14,464 nucleotides of DNA from a virus, in the IMG/VR virus record IMGVR_UViG_3300009671_000071. One strand, written 5' to 3'. Each line of letters opens with the position of its first letter. The stretch's first letter is position 1. Under the pieces are notes generated by a model. That model made no database searches, was not told where the DNA came from, and saw only the letters and a program-made list of their open reading frames with translations. Shown here piece after piece: positions 1 through 5,085 of the stretch. The position numbers and the translations under genes were made by a program.

Positions 1-81
1 TATAACTAGTATTCCGTCATAGCCAAAGTGGCAATGTATTTCAATCACCAGCCATGTCCTCGTCAACCACGGCAATTCACC
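1..81 (-). CDS. possible partial CDS running off the left edge (...WLVIEIHCHFGYDGILVI...)
   Basis: Minus-strand open frame from just after a TAA at 82-84 to the window edge; protein-like composition, start uncertain. Confidence 0.25.
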
Positions 82-134
82 TTAAGTACAGTTATCATAA
101 GTATTAAGTATTAATTTGCTGTAAGTATCATAGG

Positions 135-203
135 CTAAATATTAAGAGTCGAACTTAATCCGGAGGATTCACAATCCTCTGTGCTACCGTTACACCATAT
201 TCA
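135..203 (-). tRNA. tRNA-His(GTG)
   Basis: Minus: TGAATAT..TGGTGTAACGGTAGCA..AGAGGATTGTGAATCCTC..TTAAG-TTCGACT-CTTAA-ATATTTA. 7-bp acceptor with one G.T pair, loop TTGTGAA. Confidence 0.8.
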
Positions 204-228
204 GCATAACAAGATGTTATTCATTTTG

Positions 229-316
229 GTCCGGAGCCTGGATTCGAACCAGGGGCCTTCTGGCGTCTTATGCTTTCGCTGCGTCAGCCGTTCTAACCAA
301 CTGAACGTACTCTGGA
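229..316 (-). tRNA. atypical tRNA with enlarged anticodon loop, isotype unclear
   Basis: Minus: TCCAGAG TA CGTTC-AGTTGGTTA-GAACG G CTGAC-(18 nt)-GCCAG AAGGCC CCTGG-TTCGAAT-CCAGG CTCCGGA. D and T arms canonical; A.C mismatches in acceptor and anticodon stems. Confidence 0.6.
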
Positions 317-364
317 AAGAGTTTTGCAGTTAACATCTTAAAAAGTTACTAGATACGTTTTTCA

Positions 365-445
365 TACGTTGCTCTACCGATTGAGCTACAAGTTATCACT
401 AGGATAACTCGGCAGGACTCGAACCTGCGACATACGGATTAGAAG
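365..445 (-). tRNA. candidate circularly permuted tRNA-Arg(TCT): 3' half (445-404) precedes 5' half (395-365)
   Basis: 3' half CTTCTAA-TCCGT-ATGTC-GCAGG-TTCGAGT-CCTGC-CGAGTTA-T, linker CCTAGTGA, then 5' half TAACTTG-TA-GCTC-AATCGGTA-GAGC-A-ACGTA. The acceptor halves pair 7/7 (one T.G), anticodon stem 4/5. Confidence 0.65.
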
Positions 446-473
446 CTAATGTGTATGCTGTTAGTATCTATTA

Positions 474-549
474 AGCGACTAGTGGGATTTGAACCCACGT
501 ATCTGACTTGGCAAGCCAGCACACTAACCAGACTGTGTTATAGTCGCAT
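474..549 (-). tRNA. tRNA-Gly(GCC)
   Basis: GCGACTA acceptor pairs with TAGTCGC; anticodon arm CTGGC-TTGCCAA-GTCAG; T arm GTGGG-TTCAAAT-CCCAC. Confidence 0.9.
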
Positions 550-560
550 AAGTATGTTTA

Positions 561-1101
561 TTATGTTTTGGCTAAACGTTCAAGTATATAGTTGCAAATT
601 TTGTTATAACCAATTTCGTTTCCATCATACTCAACAAATGAAACATTTTGTTCGGTTAACATTTGTTTTAACGTTTTGTCAATTGCGATTGATTCTTCTT
701 CTGTTTGATTTCTACCATTTGGATTGTAAGGCTTTACTCTCCTAAGTAGAATCTCAATCGAATTTTCTCGATAAACATCTGCTTCTTCAACACATGCATC
801 ACCGAGCTTTGGTTTGTTATTCAAATCGGCATAAACTTTTCCAAGTCTGATTGGACTATCAGTAACAATTACATCAACTTTTCCAAAACATCTAGAAATT
901 CTAAATGCTTGTTTTCCAGAAATGTAGAACTGACATTTAAATGCTTCTTTGTTATTTTCCCAAACTTTGTCTTTTGCGAATTCTGTTACATATTCAGCAT
1001 CAATACCGCATCATTTTCAACTTAGAAAAGATATATGCTGCACATGTTGATTTTCCTGTACCAGGACCGCCATACAAATTAACAATCATTGTATTTTTCA
1101 T
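561..1101 (-). pseudogene. frameshifted P-loop ATPase/kinase-like phage protein
   Basis: MKNTMIVNLYGGPGTGKSTCAAYIFSKLKM (from 1101) has a Walker A motif and hits a stop near 1000; the protein continues in another frame as GIDAEYVTEFAKDKVWENNKEAFKCQFYISGKQAFRISRCFGKVDVIVTDSPIRLGKVYADL + MNNKPKLGD... of the ORF track (561..824). Confidence 0.75.
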
Positions 1102-1147
1102 ATTGAAAGTATAATAATTTTTTGTTAGTTTGTACACTTAAATTTTT

Positions 1148-1222
1148 AGTGCCCCTACTTGGATTCGAACCACCGACTTTCTGATTATGATTCAGACGCG
1201 CTACCTTGCTGAGCTACGGCAC
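1148..1222 (-). tRNA. tRNA-Met(CAT)-like, imperfect acceptor/T stems
   Basis: Anticodon arm TCTGA-ATCATAA-TCAGA perfect; T loop TTCGAAT; T stem GGTGG vs CCAAG and acceptor only partly pair (GTGCC/GGCAC). Confidence 0.7.
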
Positions 1223-1245
1223 ACATGGTCAATATGATGTGTTAG

Positions 1246-1319
1246 TCGATTGAGTGAGATTCGAACTCACACTTTTCGCATTTTGAGTGCGATGCCTCTG
1301 CCAGTTGGACTACCAATCG
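1246..1319 (-). tRNA. tRNA with Leu anticodon CAA and short variable region
   Basis: Minus: CGATTGG TA ... TCGCA-CTCAAAA-TGCGA AAAGT GTGAG-TTCGAAT-CTCAC TCAATCG A. Confidence 0.8.
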
Positions 1320-1340
1320 ATTCTAGTGTTTATTTAATAG

Positions 1341-1425
1341 TGGCCAGGGAGGGATTCGAACCCACACGCCCTTTCGGACCGATGCTTCTAAGACACCGTT
1401 GTCTCGCCAGTTCCAGCACCTGGCC
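1341..1425 (-). tRNA. tRNA-Leu(TAG)
   Basis: Acceptor GGCCAGG/CCTGGCC-A; anticodon arm GGTGT-CTTAGAA-GCATC; class II variable arm GTCCGAAAGGGC; T loop TTCGAAT. Confidence 0.92.
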
Positions 1426-1431
1426 AAAATA

Positions 1432-1508
1432 GTCTCCCTCTTGGATTCGAACCAAGGTTTTGCTTGCTTGTAATGCAAGTGCCATAGACCTGCTAGGCGA
1501 ATCGGAGA
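1432..1508 (-). tRNA. tRNA-Val(TAC)
   Basis: Anticodon arm CTTGC-ATTACAA-GCAAG; T arm CTTGG-TTCGAAT-CCAAG; acceptor pairs 5 of 7 (TCTCC/GGAGA). Confidence 0.8.
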
Positions 1509-1515
1509 TATTAAA

Positions 1516-1600
1516 TGGTCGCAAAGTGCCCTCTCCTCAACTATTCCTAGGAAGCCTTGGAGGACAAGAATAATCCAATGATGATCAGTCACTCTTTGCG
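1516..1600 (-). ncRNA. tRNA-like element: perfect acceptor stem plus encoded CCA, no recognisable T loop
   Basis: Minus: CGCAAAG...(67 nt)...CTTTGCG-A-CCA, tRNA-sized, between two tRNA elements. Confidence 0.4.
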
Positions 1601-1606
1601 TTTTAG

Positions 1607-1650
1607 AGCCAGTGGGTGGATTCGAACCACCAAAGCCGAAAGGCGCCGGT
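1607..1650 (-). pseudogene. 3' portion of a class II tRNA, Leu(TAA)-like, without convincing 5' half
   Basis: Minus: (T)ATTAAAA-CCGGC-GCCTTTCGGC-TTT-GGTGG-TTCGAAT-CCACC-CACTGGC-T-CTA. Confidence 0.45.
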
Positions 1651-1654
1651 TTTA

Positions 1655-1700
1655 ATACTGATAAGAGAATCGAACTCTTAATTGTCACCAGATTCAGTAT
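1655..1700 (-). ncRNA. tRNA-like acceptor/T-arm minihelix or hairpin
   Basis: Minus: ATACTGA-(13 nt)-TAAGAG-TTCGATT-CTCTTA-TCAGTAT; T-loop consensus heptamer closed by 6 bp and stacked on a perfect 7-bp helix. Confidence 0.4.
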
Positions 1701-1800
1701 AACCGTAATACGGTGTCCATTTGGAATCCGGACTACATTCTTCTTTTCTATACTTGGCGAACGTATCGTCTAACAATCCAAATAATTCGTGATATCTCAT
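1678..1800 (-). CDS. small hypothetical protein, 40 aa (MRYHELFGLLDDTFAKYRKEECSPDSKWTPYYGYTESGDN)
   Basis: Complete ATG-to-TAA frame, AAGGAG just upstream. Confidence 0.6.
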   Translation of the reverse strand: MRYHELFGLLDDTFAKYRKEECSPDSKWTPYYGYTESGDN

Positions 1801-1832
1801 TCATTTTCTCCTTATAATGTACAATTTTATCT

Positions 1833-2135
1833 TTATAGGACTCCACCTTGTTCTATCATAATTTCATCTAATTCAGGCAAATAATCTATCAACTCCTGTA
1901 AAACATCACTATATTCAATGTAATCTGCCGTGCGTTCATAATCGTATTTGAAACCTTGGCAAAAATCTATGCAATGATAATTGTGCCAAAACAGTAAACC
2001 TTTTCGTTGCGGCGTAAAGACAATAAACGGGTCTATGTTAATGTCTTCTTGCATTCTAGTAACAAGAATGCGATGTGTTTTATCAACATTGATTATTTCT
2101 TTTTCAGACATATCCTTAAATCTCAACAAATCCAA
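1833..2135 (-). CDS. hypothetical protein, 5' end uncertain
   Basis: 100-aa ORF with TTG as first start; coding-like frame extends upstream (...WFIQGTDDNETLDLLRF). Confidence 0.55.
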   Translation of the reverse strand: MDLLRFKDMSEKEIINVDKTHRILVTRMQEDINIDPFIVFTPQRKGLLFWHNYHCIDFCQGFKYDYERTADYIEYSDVLQELIDYLPELDEIMIEQGGVL

Positions 2136-2269
2136 AGTCTCATTATCGTCTGTTCCTTGTATGAACCAAACTAATATCTTGCTTAAAACCCATCTCCTTG
2201 CAGTAAGGGTTTTTAAGGTGGTTCCGCCACCGCTGGGCTACCAGCTATTGCGATTTAAATCGCTAAAAG

Positions 2270-2342
2270 CGCCAAGGACTCGAGTCGAACGAGTTTTCTG
2301 GTATTTTCAGTCCCGTCCATTCCCACGATTGGATACGATGGC
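2270..2342 (-). tRNA. tRNA-Phe(GAA)-like
   Basis: Minus: GCCATCG TA TCCA-ATCGTGGGAA-TGGA C GGGA-CTGAAAA-TACC AGAAA ACTCG-TTCGACT-CGAGT CCTTGGC. D and T stems perfect; acceptor 5/7. Confidence 0.6.
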
Positions 2343-2346
2343 ATAG

Positions 2347-2432
2347 TGGACCACCCTGGATTCGAACCAGACCCGTGCGCTTTCGTCTTAGCAGTATCGA
2401 TCTTTCTTCGACTTACTAAGAGCTTCATACCG
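2347..2432 (-). tRNA. tRNA-Ser(GCT)-like; 3' part supported, 5' part poorly resolved
   Basis: Loop CTGCTAA, T arm TCTGG-TTCGAAT-CCAGG, 3' acceptor GTGGTCC-A-CTA; no good partner for the 5' acceptor or anticodon stem. Confidence 0.4.
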
Positions 2433-2478
2433 TGAATGTCACACAGAACCCATTGTCTTTGAAGCCCATAATTTTTAG

Positions 2479-2551
2479 TGGACCCGGTGGGAATCGAACC
2501 CACCACACTAACCTTGCAAAGGTCGGTCGCCTCCTTGGATCATGCGAGCCC
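2479..2551 (-). tRNA. tRNA-Ala(TGC)
   Basis: Acceptor GGGCTCG/CGGGTCC-A; anticodon loop TTTGCAA; T arm GTGGG-TTCGATT-CCCAC. D arm atypical. Confidence 0.75.
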
Positions 2552-2581
2552 ATAAAGAAATAATACCGAATTGTCAATCTG

Positions 2582-2604
2582 CAATTAAGTTTCACGAACT
2601 TAAT
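2582..2604. terminator. AT-rich perfect hairpin (AATTAAGTT...AACTTAATT)
   Basis: 9-bp inverted repeat with 5-nt loop, followed by a T run on the plus strand. Confidence 0.35.
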
Positions 2605-2610
2605 TTTTAG

Positions 2611-2643
2611 TAGCGCCACCGGGAGTCGAACCCGAATACGCTT
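2611..2643 (-). pseudogene. orphan 3' tRNA portion (T arm + 3' acceptor) abutting the endonuclease stop
   Basis: Minus: TCGGG-TTCGACT-CCCGG-TGGCGCT-A-CTA; expected partner AGCGCCA not found nearby. Confidence 0.5.
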
Positions 2644-3421
2644 AAATTCTTCCTAATTTCCATGGTTCTTCTAATTTACCAACTGCACATGTGTGTTGTC
2701 CAGTAAGTATATTAGTCCACCAATGAACTTTGCTATAATCTACTTCTTGTAATTTATTTTTAGAATCAGAATATAGCTTTATAAAATCTTTTCCATACTT
2801 GCTAATTGTATATTCTAAATATGGCTTAATTGTTTCTTTATCAATTATAATTAAATTTTTATCTTTTGGAAACTGATTTAATTTTGCTTGCCATTGTTCA
2901 GTCCAATAACCTTTTATCTCAACGTAAGTATCATCAATTTTCCAATCAGGCATATATTTGTGTACTTTGCAATTGTACTCATAATTAAATGTCTGTTTAT
3001 TTCTTTCAAATTTTATGTCGTGTTCTAGGTTATATATCACAAAAGCCAATTCCCATGAACTATCGCAATAATAACCTTTGTATGTACCTCTTTTTCCTCT
3101 TCCAGATCCTATTCTGTAACCGCCAACTTTTCCAGACAAAGAATTAGATAAAGTTTGTCTATATTCTTTTGACTGTCTGAAACAATTTTTACAATAACCT
3201 GTCTTGCTTCCTTTACATATCTTTTGCTTGCATGATAAACAATATTGTACCGTTGTATCTTTGCGCAGTTTAATCGATATTTTGTGTTTTACAGCATCGT
3301 TTAAGACTCTACTATTTGCACATGCTCGACTACAAAATCTACCAGATCCAAATGTTCCATCATGTTCTTTTCCACATTTTTCACAAATCATATTTGTTCT
3401 CCATTTTAACTTTATTGACAT
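2642..3421 (-). CDS. putative homing endonuclease, N-terminal zinc-finger plus PD-(D/E)XK-like core
   Basis: MICEKCGKEHDGTFGSGRFCSRACANS (real start probably this Met, ~3391), CxxC pairs, then SSWELAFVIYNL...KYMPDWKIDDTYVEIKGYW. Confidence 0.75.
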   Translation of the reverse strand: MSIKLKWRTNMICEKCGKEHDGTFGSGRFCSRACANSRVLNDAVKHKISIKLRKDTTVQYCLSCKQKICKGSKTGYCKNCFRQSKEYRQTLSNSLSGKVGGYRIGSGRGKRGTYKGYYCDSSWELAFVIYNLEHDIKFERNKQTFNYEYNCKVHKYMPDWKIDDTYVEIKGYWTEQWQAKLNQFPKDKNLIIIDKETIKPYLEYTISKYGKDFIKLYSDSKNKLQEVDYSKVHWWTNILTGQHTCAVGKLEEPWKLGRI

Positions 3422-3496
3422 TGCAGTGTCAAAATTTAAGGTAAGATAAGCTGAGAATTCTTATCAATAGGCTGCAACCTACTGTCCCTTATGTTA

Positions 3497-3570
3497 TAGG
3501 ATCTCTGGGTGTCGATCCCAGTTTTCCGCCGTGAAAGAGCGGTGAACTAGCCAACGTATTCGAAGATCCC
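3497..3570 (-). tRNA. tRNA-Glu(TTC)
   Basis: Acceptor GGGATCT/AGATCCT-A; anticodon arm CCGCT-CTTTCAC-GGCGG; T arm CTGGG-ATCGACA-CCCAG. Confidence 0.88.
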
Positions 3571-3608
3571 ATAAAAGAAAAAATACAGTGAACCGCATGT
3601 TCCACTGT
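3571..3608 (-). terminator. rho-independent terminator upstream of the tRNA array
   Basis: Minus: ACAGTGGAAC-ATGCG-GTTCACTGT followed by ATTTTTTCTTTT. Confidence 0.7.
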
Positions 3609-3641
3609 ATAAATCCTTCAATCAGTCTTTATTGTATGAAT

Positions 3642-3734
3642 TTATGCAGTGGAATTTGCCAAGGCAATAGCTAGGAAACTGCGATATGCACCGCATTCTA
3701 GACCTGACTTAATAAATTCGACGTATAACTTCAT
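3642..3734 (-). CDS. possible 30-aa peptide (MKLYVEFIKSGLECGAYRSFLAIALANSTA)
   Basis: Short ATG-to-TAA frame between promoter-like sequence and terminator. Confidence 0.35.
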   Translation of the reverse strand: MKLYVEFIKSGLECGAYRSFLAIALANSTA

Positions 3735-3751
3735 TTTTAAACCTATTGATT

Positions 3752-3759
3752 TATTTATA
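3752..3759 (-). promoter_or_regulatory. T4-late-promoter-like TATAAATA
   Basis: Exact octamer on minus strand in an intergenic region; AT-rich background, so weak. Confidence 0.25.
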
Positions 3760-3861
3760 CAAGCAACTTTAAGTTTTTATATTTTTATTTTGTTTTGTTA
3801 TTGTTGTTTGTTTTTGATGTATCAATTATAATTAAATTTTTTAAAAGTGTATACTAATTTT

Positions 3862-4431
3862 TTAAATATTTTCAAAAATTTCTTTTTGTTTGCTAAGGTT
3901 TTCATTCAATCTCTCATTTTCATTAAGCAGGTTTTTAATATCGAGAACATGCGTATTCTTGGAGAATTTTTCATCAAATTCATCACAGTATTCTGTCAAT
4001 CTTGAAATACTATCGTTAATGTTAATTACATGTTTATCTTCTTCCTGTACGAGTTCTTCACGAGGAAATACTTCAACAATCGCATTAAAATATTTGTCGA
4101 ACTTATCAACGTTGAATTTGATCGGCTCACCATTTTCATCGTAGTCGAAATATTCAGACATCACAAAATCAGAGAACTTTTCGATGTTTTTAAGTTTGAG
4201 ATATTTGTAAAGTCTAACATTGCAGAACGTATAGTCATGTTCATTAGTTCTAAACGTAATAGTTCCAATGACTGTATCGCGATACGTTACATGCCAAATT
4301 GTACAAGAATTAACTTCTATAGCATGAATATCGAAATTCAATCTATTTAAGTTCAATCGAAGAAGATAGGAAGTTTGATTAAGATAATCAAACGTTTCCT
4401 TCTCCTCTTTCTTCAAGCTTGTCTGTATCAT
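3862..4431 (-). CDS. hypothetical protein, start uncertain
   Basis: 189-aa ORF; overlaps the upstream ORF by 44 nt, so the true start may be an internal TTG. Confidence 0.7.
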   Translation of the reverse strand: MIQTSLKKEEKETFDYLNQTSYLLRLNLNRLNFDIHAIEVNSCTIWHVTYRDTVIGTITFRTNEHDYTFCNVRLYKYLKLKNIEKFSDFVMSEYFDYDENGEPIKFNVDKFDKYFNAIVEVFPREELVQEEDKHVININDSISRLTEYCDEFDEKFSKNTHVLDIKNLLNENERLNENLSKQKEIFENI

Positions 4432-4621
4432 TCGTGATTTGCTCTTCTTGTTTAACAGGATGAATTTTATCGAGAATTACTTCTGTTATTTCAGCATCCT
4501 TTTTATATCGTTCTTTGATAAACTCCAAAAGCTCTTTACGTACTTGTTCTTCATTTTCAGCATAACGCTTAAAAATAAGAGCTTGATTATCTATAACTGC
4601 AATACATTTCCAACGAGACAT
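4388..4621 (-). CDS. hypothetical protein
   Basis: 77-aa ORF in a collinear gene run. Confidence 0.7.
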   Translation of the reverse strand: MSRWKCIAVIDNQALIFKRYAENEEQVRKELLEFIKERYKKDAEITEVILDKIHPVKQEEQITNDTDKLEERGEGNV

Positions 4622-4801
4622 TTAATCCTCGAATTTTCCGTGAATATAACCAACTGCTAAAGCAAGACCAAGCAAAATGCCTAATACTATCGATGCATCT
4701 GTTGGCAAACAATGATTTTCCATGTTGCAATAGTATGCCATAAGTAAATTACCGCCTGCACCAATAAAGAAAATACAAATATAATATATCCAAGACGGCA
4801 T
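4622..4801 (-). CDS. small predicted membrane protein, 59 aa (MPSWIYYICIFFIGAGGNLLMAYYC...)
   Basis: ATG preceded by GGAGTAAAT; two hydrophobic segments. Confidence 0.7.
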   Translation of the reverse strand: MPSWIYYICIFFIGAGGNLLMAYYCNMENHCLPTDASIVLGILLGLALAVGYIHGKFED

Positions 4802-4803
4802 AT

Positions 4804-5085
4804 TTACTCCTTACAAGTAATTTTCTTGAAAACGTAATTATGAGATTTTTCTGACATGTCGAATGTACGAACTTCAGTCGTATTCATCTTTCCATCTCGG
4901 AGACGAAGAACGCCAGTATTGCGTTCATTAATGTTAAAACCAACAAATGCTGCGCAATCGGATTCGTAAATCAACTTACCATTGTCATACATTTGTGCTT
5001 TTTCATTGCTTTTAAATTCGACTGGCTGTAATTCACATCCAGTCATAGCAACGGCAATTACGCCTAAGGCTAAGAATTTCTTCAT
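4804..5085 (-). CDS. putative lipoprotein
   Basis: MKKFLALGVIAVAMTGC signal peptide with lipobox-like MTGC. Confidence 0.75.
   Translation of the reverse strand: MKKFLALGVIAVAMTGCELQPVEFKSNEKAQMYDNGKLIYESDCAAFVGFNINERNTGVLRLRDGKMNTTEVRTFDMSEKSHNYVFKKITCKE

Noticed and set aside
1250-1688. Tracked ORFs 1250..1432(+), 1323..1688(-), 1330..1524(-) and others containing VGLEPT/GFEPT/GSNPP-like peptides
   Set aside because: These are conceptual translations of tRNA T arms (GGTTCGAATCC) and their complements, not proteins.
1981-2619. Tracked ORFs 1981..2346(+), 2255..2506(-), 2425..2619(+)
   Set aside because: They overlap tRNA-like elements or the opposite strand of a better ORF; peptides such as RVERVF and GSNPGW come from tRNA sequence.
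2642-3490. A classic group I intron carrying the endonuclease inside a tRNA
   Set aside because: The 5' exon matching the downstream 3' tRNA part is not found upstream and I could not identify group I core elements by eye; not fully excluded.
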